A stretch of DNA of 52,154 nt from Dactylosporangium sp. (GTDB lineage: Bacteria > Actinomycetota > Actinomycetes > Mycobacteriales > Micromonosporaceae). The stretch is from assembly GCA_025965915.1 (NCBI GenBank), contig JAOPWA010000079.1:1-52154 (forward strand). Reading direction: 5' to 3'. Position 1 is the first letter of the stretch. Each line of letters begins with the position of its first letter. Shown one piece after another: positions 40,091-52,154 of the stretch. The notes under the pieces were generated by a model. The model ran no database searches and had not been told where the DNA came from. It saw only the letters and a list, made by a program, of their open reading frames with translations. Made by a program: the position numbers and the translations under genes.

Positions 40091-41071
40091 TCAGGAGTGG
40101 CCGCTGATCGCGTGCGGGCGGTACGGTGCCTCGAGGCGCTTGATCTCCTCGTCGGTGAGCGTCACATCGACCGCCCCGATCGCGTCCTCCAGGTGCTGCA
40201 GCTTGGTCGCGCCCACGATCGGCGCTGTCACGGCTGGCTTGGACAGCAACCAGGCGAGGGCCACCTGGGCAGGCGGAAGACCCCGCTCCTCGGCCACGGT
40301 GTTGAGGGCCTCCACGACCGCGAAGTCCTCGTCGATGTAGAGCGAGTCACCGAACTCGTCGGTCTGAGCGCGCAGCGTCCGCTTCTCACCGCCGGGACCC
40401 CGGGTACCGGTAAGTAGACCCCGGGCGAGCGGGCTCCACGGGATGACCCCGACCCCCTGGTCCAGGCAGAACGGGATCATCTCCCGCTCCTCCTCGCGGT
40501 ACACCAGGTTGTAGTGGTTCTGCATCGACACGAACCGCGTCCAGCCCTTGAGGTCCGCGGTGTACTGCATCTTCGCTAACTGCCAGGCGTACATGCTGGA
40601 CGCGCCGATGTAGCGGGCCTTGCCGGCGCGCACGACGTCGTGCAGCGCCTCCATCGTCTCCTCGACCGGCGTCTCCGGGTCGAAGCGGTGGATCTGGTAC
40701 AGGTCTACGAAGTCGGTGCCGAGTCGGCGCAGCGACGCGTCGATCCCGGACATGATGTGCTTGCGGGACAGGCCCCGGTCGTTGGGCCCCTTCCCCATCG
40801 GGTTGAAGACCTTCGTGGCCAGCACGTAATCGTCGCGGTTGGGGAAGAGTCGGCCGAGGAGACTGCCCGTGATCTCCTCGCTCACGCCGTTGGAGTAGAC
40901 GTCGGCGGTGTCGAAGAACGTGATCCCCGCGTCAACCGCGCGGCGCACGATCGGCTCGGCCTCCTCCTCTCGGAGGGCCCACGCCCGGGAGGCGGGGTCG
41001 CCGTAGCTCATCATGCCCAGACAGATGCGGGAGACCTTGAGGCCGGTCGAGCCAAGTCGTGTGTACTTCAT
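40091..41071 (-). CDS. aldo/keto reductase
   Basis: VSRICLGMMSYG, FDTADVY, DLYQIHR, IPWSPLARG and PIVGATK. Confidence 0.95.
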   Translation of the reverse strand: MKYTRLGSTGLKVSRICLGMMSYGDPASRAWALREEEAEPIVRRAVDAGITFFDTADVYSNGVSEEITGSLLGRLFPNRDDYVLATKVFNPMGKGPNDRGLSRKHIMSGIDASLRRLGTDFVDLYQIHRFDPETPVEETMEALHDVVRAGKARYIGASSMYAWQLAKMQYTADLKGWTRFVSMQNHYNLVYREEEREMIPFCLDQGVGVIPWSPLARGLLTGTRGPGGEKRTLRAQTDEFGDSLYIDEDFAVVEALNTVAEERGLPPAQVALAWLLSKPAVTAPIVGATKLQHLEDAIGAVDVTLTDEEIKRLEAPYRPHAISGHS

Positions 41072-41665
41072 GATTCGATCCTTGCGCCGCGACGACGCTT
41101 CGGCGAATCTGGCCGTCAAGATCCCATCAGGCGGTACGCTCGGTTGCGCCGACTGGGTCTGCTCGGGCAAAAGCGGCGTGGTGATGATGCCGGCGTCGAA
41201 GCATCAATTCATGCCGGACTGCTCGTACTTCAGTGCTCGCTGTTCCTGACCGCGACTTTGTTCTTTCGCTATAGCGGTTCACTTAAATACTGAGTGAACG
41301 ATTGGACAAAAACATTACGGTGCCGAAAGTACCGAACCAGCCGCAATCTGACCAAGGGGTACGTCGATTGCTACTGTCGTCATGCCGGGGGCGGTGTGCA
41401 GTTCGATCGCCTTGATGTCGCTAGGGATCGTCGACATATTGCCCTGCTGGATTGTTACCCGCTGGCCGACGAAAGAGTGCTCGACCGTGAATACAGAGGA
41501 CTACTATGATGGGAATAGTGGGAGCCGGGATCCTCCTGTGTGATTTTCAGGAAAAGGCCGGGCCCGGTAGATCCCGGATCTGCCAATGGCGAGGGGCTTT
41601 GGGAGAGCCGGGGATCTGATTCGGGCGAACTCGGGCCGGAGTTACCGGCCAGGGTCGGCGCGTCA

Positions 41666-41830
41666 TGCGTACCCGTGAAGGCCGACCTCACCCTTGCCGA
41701 CCGGGTGTTCGCCTGTGACTGTGGCCTGGTCCTGGACCGCGACGTCAACGCGGCCGTCAACCTCGCCCGCTGGGTACCGGCACCGGCCGTCGAACCATCT
41801 GCTTCACCGCCGCAACCCGCGGCCGCCTGA
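41666..41830 (+). mobile_element. tnpB: tnpB 3' remnant (zinc ribbon and RuvC III) of an IS200/IS605- or IS607-type element
   Basis: CxxVKADLTLADRVFACDCGLVLDRDVNAAVNL; no upstream RuvC I/II, no transposase. Confidence 0.88.
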
Positions 41831-42050
41831 CACGCGCACCGTGTCTGCACCCGCATGCAGCGGGGAAGAGCCGACCGCCACCCTGCGCCACCAAGACCCC
41901 GCACAGGGTTCGGGGCCCTGGGTCGGAACCGGGACAAGACCCGCCGTCAAGGAGCGGCAGGCGCCCGGACGGCAACCGAGAACCGGCCCCTGGCAGGTGC
42001 CGATCAGACGGTGCCGGCGGGTGCCGATCAGACGATCAAGGGTGCCCCGC
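41831..42050 (+). ncRNA. putative TnpB omega-RNA (reRNA) scaffold or right-end region, degenerate
   Basis: Non-coding GC-rich stretch directly after the tnpB end, with stems, two caagaccc blocks and a 15-bp direct repeat ggtgccgatcagacg (41996, 42020). Confidence 0.45.
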
Positions 42051-42095
42051 ATTGTGTCGGCTCCGGGAGATGGTTAGGGTCGGCATTGAGCAACA

Positions 42096-42186
42096 ACCCA
42101 CGGGAGTCCGGTGCGACCGGGCTGAGAGGGGGGCTGTCAGCCCCCGACCGTCGAACCTGATCCGGGTAATGCCGGCGCAGGGAGGG
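42096..42186 (+). ncRNA. TPP (THI-box) riboswitch
   Basis: GGGAG..GCTGAGA..GACCG..GAACCTGATCCGGGTAATGCCGGCGCAGGGA directly before the thiE RBS. Confidence 0.96.
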
Positions 42187-42193
42187 AGGATTG

Positions 42194-42820
42194 ATGCCCC
42201 CCATCGGGCGTCTACACCTGATCACCGACGCGCGCCCTGGTCGCGCCACGCTCGCCGTTGTCGCCACCGGGCTCGCGGCGGGTGCCGACACCATTCAGGT
42301 ACGGGTGCCGGACGCCACCAGCGACCGGGAAGCGTACGAACTGGCGGCCCGGGTGCTGCGGATGTGCCGAGACAGCGGCGCCGCCTGCCTGGTCAACGAC
42401 CGCCTGCACGTCGCCCTCGCCGTCGGAGCCGACGGCGGCCACGTCGGCGCCGACGACCTACCCGTACACGCGGCGCGAACGGTGCTCGGCCCGCACGCCA
42501 TCCTCGGCGCCACCGCGCGGGACCCGGAGACCGCGCGAAGGGCGGTCAAGGAAGGCGCCAGCTATCTCGGCGTAGGGCCGGCGTACCGGACGTCCACCAA
42601 GGATGGCCTGCCCGACCCGCTGGGCCCCGCCGGTATCGCCGCCGTCGCGAGGGCCGTGACCGTACCCGTGATCGCGATCGGCGGCGTCACCGCCGCCCAC
42701 GTGAAAGGGCTGACGGAAGCCGGCGCGTACGGCATCGCCGTCGTCGGCGCCGTCAGCGGGGCGGCGGATCCCGGTAAGGCCACCACCGACCTGCTGCAAG
42801 CGATGGGAGACCGCGGATGA
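42194..42820 (+). CDS. thiE: thiamine-phosphate synthase
   Basis: LHLITD, IQVR, VNDRLHVAL, GHVGADD, YRTSTK and AIGGV. Confidence 0.93.
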   Translation: MPPIGRLHLITDARPGRATLAVVATGLAAGADTIQVRVPDATSDREAYELAARVLRMCRDSGAACLVNDRLHVALAVGADGGHVGADDLPVHAARTVLGPHAILGATARDPETARRAVKEGASYLGVGPAYRTSTKDGLPDPLGPAGIAAVARAVTVPVIAIGGVTAAHVKGLTEAGAYGIAVVGAVSGAADPGKATTDLLQAMGDRG

Positions 42821-43856
42821 CCACGCGGGTGGCCGTCGTGGGTGGAGGACTGATCGGCCTCGCCGTCGCGTGGCGCTGCGTCCAGCGCGGCCTCGACGTC
42901 ACCGTCTACGACGCCGAAGAGGATAAAGCGTCGACCGTCGCTGCCGGCATGCTCGCGCCGGCCAGTGAGATCCAGTCGGGTGAGCAGGCTCTCCAGGACC
43001 TTCTGCGAAGCGGGGCCCGGCGCTGGCCGGACTTCGCCGCCGAACTGGCGAGGGCGACCGGAATCGAGCTCGGTTACCGGGACGAGGGCACCCTGATCGT
43101 CGCGCTCACCGACGACGACCTTCGGGAGGTACGCCGCCTGTGCGGGCTTTACGAGCGGGCGGGTCAGCCCGTACACGCCCTGACCGCGCAGCAGCTGCGG
43201 GAACGCGAGCCGCTGCTGACGCCACGGGTGCGCGGCGGCGCCTACGCCCCGCAGGACCGCCAGGTCGACCCGCGCCGGGTGCTCGCCGCGCTGCGGCAGG
43301 CCATCGGAGATCGGATCGTGCCCCGAAAGATCACCGATCTGTCCATCGTGGACGCCGATGTCACCGTGGTCGCCGCCGGTATCGGTACCAGATCCCTGAC
43401 CGGCCTTCCGGTCCGTCCGGTCAAGGGCCAGACCGTCCGGCTGACAGCACCGGCGCGGCCGATCAGGCACGTCATCCGCGGGTACGCCCGCAGCCGCACC
43501 GTCTATCTCGTACCGCGCCACGACGGCGAGTTGGTGATCGGGGCGACCGAGGAGGAGCGCGGCGTCGACACGTCGGTCACCGCGGGTGGCGTACTCGACC
43601 TGCTGCGCCCCGCCGCCGACCTGCTGCCCGAGATCGTCGAGTACCCGGTCCGCGAGATCAGGGCGGGCCTGCGCCCCGGTACGCCGGACAACGCTCCCAT
43701 TCTCGGCGCGCTGAAAGCCGGCGTCATCGTCGCCGCCGGCCACTACCGCAACGGTGTCCTGCTCACGCCGGTCACCGCCGACCTGGTCGCCGACCTGGTC
43801 GCCACCGGTGTGCCACCGGAGCAACTCAAACCTTTCGCACCCGACAGGGAGGCGCT

Positions 43857-43866
<10 letters not shown>
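42817..43866 (+). CDS. thiO: glycine oxidase
   Basis: VVGGGLIG, AAGMLAP, RPVKGQ, GLRPGTPDN and GHYRNGVLL. Confidence 0.94.
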
Positions 43867-47907
<4,041 letters not shown>

Positions 47908-47936
47908 CCGACCCGCTGCCGAGTAGGCTCCGGGGC

Positions 47937-48668
47937 GTGGAGCCCAAGGGAACCGCCTCACCGCGCACAGCGGTGGTCTGGGCGGTACTGCGTGCGGAGC
48001 TGGACCGGGCGAGCCGGCCACTGACCGTGCTCGACGTCGGCGGCGGCACGGGTGGGTTCGCCGTGCCGTTGGCGACCGCCGGTCACCGCGTCACCGTCAT
48101 CGACGCGAGCCCTGACGCGCTCGCCGCTCTCACCCGGCGGGCCGCCGAGGCGGGTGTGGCCGACCGGGTGCGCGCGGTGCAGGGCGACGGCGACGCCCTC
48201 GCTGAGCTGGTCGCCCCCGAAAGTACCGATCTGGTGCTCTGTCACAGTCTGCTCGAGGTCGTCGACGATCAGGCCACGGTGGTCAAGGCGCTCGCCGCCA
48301 CCCTGCGGCCGGGTGGCGTGGCGAGTGTCCTCGTCGCCAACCGGGTCGCGGCCGTCCTGGCCCGCGCGGTGAGCGGCCACCTCGACGTCGCCGCGGCGCT
48401 GCTGACCGACGCCGAGGGTCGGACCGGCGCCCGGGACACGCTGCGTCGCCGGTTCGACCTCGATGCGGCGACCGGTCTGCTCGCGGCCGGCGGCCTGGTG
48501 GTCGAGCAGACCCATGGGGTACGGGTCGTCGCCGACCTGCTGCCCGGCGCTGTCCTGGAGGGGCAGACCGACGCGCTGCTCGCCTTCGAGCTGGCCGCGT
48601 CGGCGCTTTCGCCCTACCGGGAGATCGCCACCCAGCTACACCTGTTCGCCCGCCGGCCGGCCCACTGA
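47937..48668 (+). CDS. class I SAM-dependent methyltransferase
   Basis: VLDVGGGTGG and DLVLCHSLLE; -10 TAGGCT 7 nt upstream. Confidence 0.92.
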   Translation: MEPKGTASPRTAVVWAVLRAELDRASRPLTVLDVGGGTGGFAVPLATAGHRVTVIDASPDALAALTRRAAEAGVADRVRAVQGDGDALAELVAPESTDLVLCHSLLEVVDDQATVVKALAATLRPGGVASVLVANRVAAVLARAVSGHLDVAAALLTDAEGRTGARDTLRRRFDLDAATGLLAAGGLVVEQTHGVRVVADLLPGAVLEGQTDALLAFELAASALSPYREIATQLHLFARRPAH

Positions 48669-48669
48669 C

Positions 48670-49818
48670 ATGGATGTCGTCCATCCGAGATACGGCACGG
48701 ACACTCTTGCCGACGTGCTTCCCGGTGTGCTCAGCGCACTCGGCATGCCCGGGGTGGCCGACCCGCTGGGCCTGGCCAGTGGTCGGCTCGCCGGGGTGCG
48801 CCGGGTGGCGATGCTGCTCGTCGACGGCCTGGGCCAGGCCCAGCTTCCGCTCGCCGCACCGTACGCGCCGACCCTCGCCGACCTCGCGGCCGGCCGGCTG
48901 GGCACCGTCCGCACGATCACGAGCGGGTTCCCCTCCACGACGCCGGTCAGCCTGGTCAGTGTCGGCACCGGTGCTCCGCCCGGACAGCACGGCGTGGTCG
49001 GGTTCAACGTACGGGAGCCAAAGAGCGGTCGGATCCTCAACCACATCCAGTGGTGGGACGACCAGGATCCCGGTGACTGGCAGCCCGTGCCGACCCTGTT
49101 CGGCCGGGCGGCCGCCGCGGGCATCCCGGTCACCGTGATCAGCCGGGCCGACTTCGCCGGCAGCGGGTTGACCGTGGCCGCCTACCGCGGAGCCGGGTAC
49201 CGGGGAGCGGCCGGGGTGGACGCGCTGGCGACCGAGATGCTGGCCGCGCTGCACAACGAGGGCGGCCTGGTGTACGGGTACCATCCTGATCTTGATCGTG
49301 CCGGCCACCTGCACGGGCTGGCGTCGGGCGAGTGGAAGTCGGCCGCCGCCGACGTCGACCGGCTGGTGACGCTGCTCGTCGGCGGGCTGCCCGCGGACGC
49401 GGCGCTGGTCGTGACCGCCGACCACGGCCAGCTCGACGTCCCCGAGGACGGGCGCCTGGACCTCGACAGCGACCGGCGGCTGCGGGCGGGGGTCCTGGTG
49501 GCCGCCGGGGAGCCCCGGGTGCGATACCTGTACACGCAGCCGGGGGCCCGCGACGACGTCATCGCCGCCTGGCGTGCTGTCCTCGGCGACGGTGGCTGGG
49601 TCGTGCCGCGCGAGGAGGCTGTGGCGGCCGGGTGGTTCGGGCCCGTACCTGAAGATCATCTTTCCCGGGTCGGTGACGTCGTCGTGGCCTGCCACGACCG
49701 CACCGTGGTGGTGGCGACCCGGTCGGAGCCGCTGTTCGTCTCGCAGATGGTCGCCTTCCATGGCTCGTACACCGCCGCCGAGATGCGGATACCGCTGATC
49801 GTCGTCACCGCACAATGA
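48670..49818 (+). CDS. alkaline phosphatase / nucleotide pyrophosphatase-phosphodiesterase family protein
   Basis: LLVDGLG, FPSTT, DRAGH, TADHG and FHGS. Confidence 0.9.
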   Translation: MDVVHPRYGTDTLADVLPGVLSALGMPGVADPLGLASGRLAGVRRVAMLLVDGLGQAQLPLAAPYAPTLADLAAGRLGTVRTITSGFPSTTPVSLVSVGTGAPPGQHGVVGFNVREPKSGRILNHIQWWDDQDPGDWQPVPTLFGRAAAAGIPVTVISRADFAGSGLTVAAYRGAGYRGAAGVDALATEMLAALHNEGGLVYGYHPDLDRAGHLHGLASGEWKSAAADVDRLVTLLVGGLPADAALVVTADHGQLDVPEDGRLDLDSDRRLRAGVLVAAGEPRVRYLYTQPGARDDVIAAWRAVLGDGGWVVPREEAVAAGWFGPVPEDHLSRVGDVVVACHDRTVVVATRSEPLFVSQMVAFHGSYTAAEMRIPLIVVTAQ

Positions 49819-49848
49819 CCACTGGTTACCGCGTGCCGCGGGCCGATC

Positions 49849-49870
49849 TGTCATAGGTCGGCAGTAGCCT
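49849..49870 (+). promoter_or_regulatory. RecA-NDp/PafBC-type promoter for a leaderless dinB
   Basis: TGTCAtag-N8-TAGCCT fits the TGTCRgtg-N8-TAnnnT spacing; GTG follows 6 nt later. Confidence 0.6.
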
Positions 49871-49876
49871 CCGGTC

Positions 49877-51142
49877 GTGGGGCGCAGCCAGGCATTGCCG
49901 AGAGACGGCGGGACGGGGGAGTTCGGTCCCGACGCCGACGACACCGGCTGCCCCATCCTGCATGTGGACATGGACGCCTTCTTCGCTTCGGTCGAGGTGC
50001 GCCGCCGGCCCGAACTGCGCGGCAAGCCCGTGATCGTGGGCGGCGACGGGCCGCGCGGGGTCGTCTCATCGGCCAGCTACGAGGCCCGCGTCTACGGGGT
50101 CCGTAGTGCGATGCCGGGCGCGCGGGCGAAGCGACTGTGCCCGCACGCCGTGTTCCTGCCCGTCGACTTCGCTGCATACTCCGCCGCGTCACGCGCCGTG
50201 ATGGCGATCTTCGGTGACATGACGCCGCTGGTCGAGCCGCTCTCGTCCGACGAGGCGTTCCTCGACGTGTCGGGTGCCGGGCGACTGCTCGGGCGCCCGG
50301 CGGAGATCGCCGCCGCCATTCGCCGGCGGGTCCTGGACGAGCAGCGGCTCACCTGCTCGGTAGGGGTGGCCCCGACCAAGTTCGTCGCAAAGCTCGCGTC
50401 GACCCGCGCCAAGCCGGACGGCATGGCCGTGGTGCCCGCCGACCGGATCCTCGACTACCTGCACCCCTTACCGGTCGAGGCGTTGTGGGGGGTTGGCGAG
50501 CGCACCGCCGAGACGCTGCGCCGGCTCGGGCTGGTCCGGGTGCGCGACCTGGCGCAGGCCCCCGTCGGCATGCTGCGCGCCGCGGTCGGTGAGGCGGCGG
50601 CGCTGCATCTGCACGAGCTGTCCTGGGGGCGCGATCCTCGGCCGGTGGTCCCCGAGCAGGTGGAGAAGTCGATCGGAGCCGAGACCACGTTCGACATCGA
50701 CGTGGCCGACTGGGATGTGATCCGCCGGTCACTGCTGGGACTGGCCGGCAAGACCGCCGGCCGGTTGCGCCGCGCCGGCCAGATCGGCCGGACCGTGGCG
50801 ATCAAGGTGCGCCTGGCCGACTTCCGCACGGTCAGCCGGTCGCGGACGCTGCCCGTGGCCACCGACGTCACCCGGGAGATCTTCGAAACAGCCTGGGCGC
50901 TGTTCCGGGCGCTCGGCACCGGGGAGCGCATCCGGCTGGTCGGCGTCCGCGTGGAGGGGCTGTCGCCGGTCGACGCCGCGCCACGCCAGCTCACGCTCGG
51001 CGAGCGGGACAACGGGTGGCGGGAGGCGGAGCGGGCCGCCGACGCGGCGGCCGCCCGATTCGGCCAGGATGTCGTGCGCCCGGCGAGCCTGCTCAGTGCA
51101 CGTGAGGACCCTCGGGCCGGCGGACGTCCACCACCCGGATGA
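49877..51142 (+). CDS. dinB: DNA polymerase IV
   Basis: ILHVDMDAFFASVE, SYEAR, SSDEAFLD, KPDG and QLTL clamp-binding motif. Confidence 0.96.
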   Translation: MGRSQALPRDGGTGEFGPDADDTGCPILHVDMDAFFASVEVRRRPELRGKPVIVGGDGPRGVVSSASYEARVYGVRSAMPGARAKRLCPHAVFLPVDFAAYSAASRAVMAIFGDMTPLVEPLSSDEAFLDVSGAGRLLGRPAEIAAAIRRRVLDEQRLTCSVGVAPTKFVAKLASTRAKPDGMAVVPADRILDYLHPLPVEALWGVGERTAETLRRLGLVRVRDLAQAPVGMLRAAVGEAAALHLHELSWGRDPRPVVPEQVEKSIGAETTFDIDVADWDVIRRSLLGLAGKTAGRLRRAGQIGRTVAIKVRLADFRTVSRSRTLPVATDVTREIFETAWALFRALGTGERIRLVGVRVEGLSPVDAAPRQLTLGERDNGWREAERAADAAAARFGQDVVRPASLLSAREDPRAGGRPPPG

Positions 51143-51321
51143 TCTTACCCTCGTTACTTCGGGTGCCCTCGACCATTGAGCGAGGAAAAACAGTACGCTT
51201 GGACGGTCGTCCGGCTTTCCCACCCGCTTAGGCGCTCGTAAACTTGCGACTAAGCAGTCGGATGACTGTCACGGTCTGTCGATCCGCGTGGATCGGCCCT
51301 CGAGGACCGGGGAGGAGTACC

Positions 51322-51705
51322 GTGCCGCTCTCGGAGCACGAGCAGCGGCTGTTCGAGCAGATCGAGCGGTCGCTAGCCGAGGACCCGAAGTTCGCCTCGG
51401 CAGTGCGCGCCACCGACCCGCGCTTTCATGCGCGGCGTCGGATAGTCATCGCTGCCGTGCTGTTCCTGGCCGGCATTGCGCTGCTGATCTACGGTGCGTT
51501 CAGCAAGGTCGCCCTGGTCGGCGTGGCCGGGTTCGTGGTCATGCTCGGCTCCGCGGTCTTCGCGATGCAGTCATACCGTCAAGGACAGAACAAAGACCTG
51601 CGTGCGGTCGGTGGGACGGCGAGCCGACGCACCCGGCCGCGGCGCTCGTCACTGGTCGATCGGCTGGAAGAGCGTTGGCGGCGCCGCCCCGAGGACCACG
51701 GCTGA
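51322..51705 (+). CDS. DUF3040 domain membrane protein
   Basis: MPLSEHEQRLFEQIERSLAEDPKF, two TM helices and RLEERWRRR; RBS ggaggag. Confidence 0.9.
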   Translation: MPLSEHEQRLFEQIERSLAEDPKFASAVRATDPRFHARRRIVIAAVLFLAGIALLIYGAFSKVALVGVAGFVVMLGSAVFAMQSYRQGQNKDLRAVGGTASRRTRPRRSSLVDRLEERWRRRPEDHG

Positions 51706-51719
51706 CCTGAGACCTATGA

Positions 51720-51755
51720 CGAAAGGGACCCGAGCTTGTAGCCGGGTCCCTTTCG
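51720..51755. terminator. intrinsic (probably bidirectional) terminator
   Basis: cgaaagggacccg / cgggtccctttcg 13-bp stem between converging genes. Confidence 0.75.
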
Positions 51756-51810
51756 GCATGCCATCTTCTCTCACCTGATCTTGTCGGTGTCCAACCGGTG
51801 CGGGGCGCCC

Positions 51811-51847
51811 TGTGCAGGACGGCCCGTGTGCAGGACGGCCCGTGTGC
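51811..51847. repeat. 16-bp tandem repeat x2.3
   Basis: tgtgcaggacggcccg x2, flanked by gtgcggggcgccc direct repeats (51798, 51844). Confidence 0.85.
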
Positions 51848-51870
51848 GGGGCGCCCGGTCCGGCGACCGC

Positions 51871-52154
51871 TCAGCGGCGCCCTCCGGGCAGGAGCCGGCG
51901 GGAGCTGAGCGCCGCGCGTACGAACGAGTCCCGCCGCCGGTCGACCCTCGTAGCGACTCGCGTCGACGCTTCGCTCACCGCGACCTGCCAACGGTTCAGT
52001 ACCGACGCGGGTAGGAAGATCGCCCGCAGTCGGGTACGCCACGACACCCGCTGGCTGATCGCGTCGCGTACCGCGCGCAGTGAGCCGGTCAGGTCGTCGC
52101 TTCGCAGCGGCTGACGCGCGTACCGGGCCCGCTCCTCGGCGTGTCCGAGTAGCT
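51871..52154 (-). CDS. 3' end of a transglutaminase-like (TgpA/DUF3488) membrane protein, partial
   Basis: LLGHAEERARYA..RTRLRAIFLPASVL..LLPGGRR*; usual neighbour of DUF3040 in actinobacteria. Confidence 0.7.
   Translation of the reverse strand, partial: LLGHAEERARYARQPLRSDDLTGSLRAVRDAISQRVSWRTRLRAIFLPASVLNRWQVAVSEASTRVATRVDRRRDSFVRAALSSRRLLPGGRR

Noticed and set aside
41506-41620. Short plus-strand ORF (MMGIVGAGILLCDF...) behind a GAGGA
   Set aside because: Atypical codon usage and no recognisable similarity
41996-42034. 15-bp direct repeat after tnpB as a mini-CRISPR (Cas12-like) array
   Set aside because: Only two copies with a 9-nt gap; better explained as a local duplication

Overview
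High-GC actinobacterial chromosomal DNA. Gene content, order and repeats are most consistent with the Micromonosporaceae. From left to right it carries: pfkA; a proC interrupted by one in-frame TAA; an FHA protein; a PadR-ABC exporter operon; a TetR-controlled fatty-acyl cluster (maoC, fabG, two acyl-CoA dehydrogenases); corA; class II DAHP synthase; threonine aldolase; nfo; a PknL-type PASTA kinase; Rv2175c; a carotenoid (sioxanthin-like) subcluster with metF embedded; a LexA-controlled HEPN-imuA'-imuB-dnaE2 mutasome operon; a probable inserted block (two MarR genes, an aldo/keto reductase, a tnpB remnant, a TPP riboswitch and thiE-O-S-G-E2-D-C); then a methyltransferase, a phosphodiesterase, dinB, DUF3040 and a partial transglutaminase-like gene. 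Most genes are ordinary. The most unusual signals are: (i) the same palindromic repeat translated in the same frame as the C-terminus of two unrelated genes, each copy containing a TTA codon and running into an ATGA-coupled downstream gene; (ii) a ~200-nt, six-hairpin leader with a possible kissing-loop pair between the SOS boxes and the HEPN gene; (iii) an orphan TnpB 3' end with a probable omega-RNA region directly upstream of the thi promoter; (iv) the proC nonsense codon; and (v) several gene relics and micro-duplications. All calls come from reading the sequence by eye; no searches or folding programs were run.
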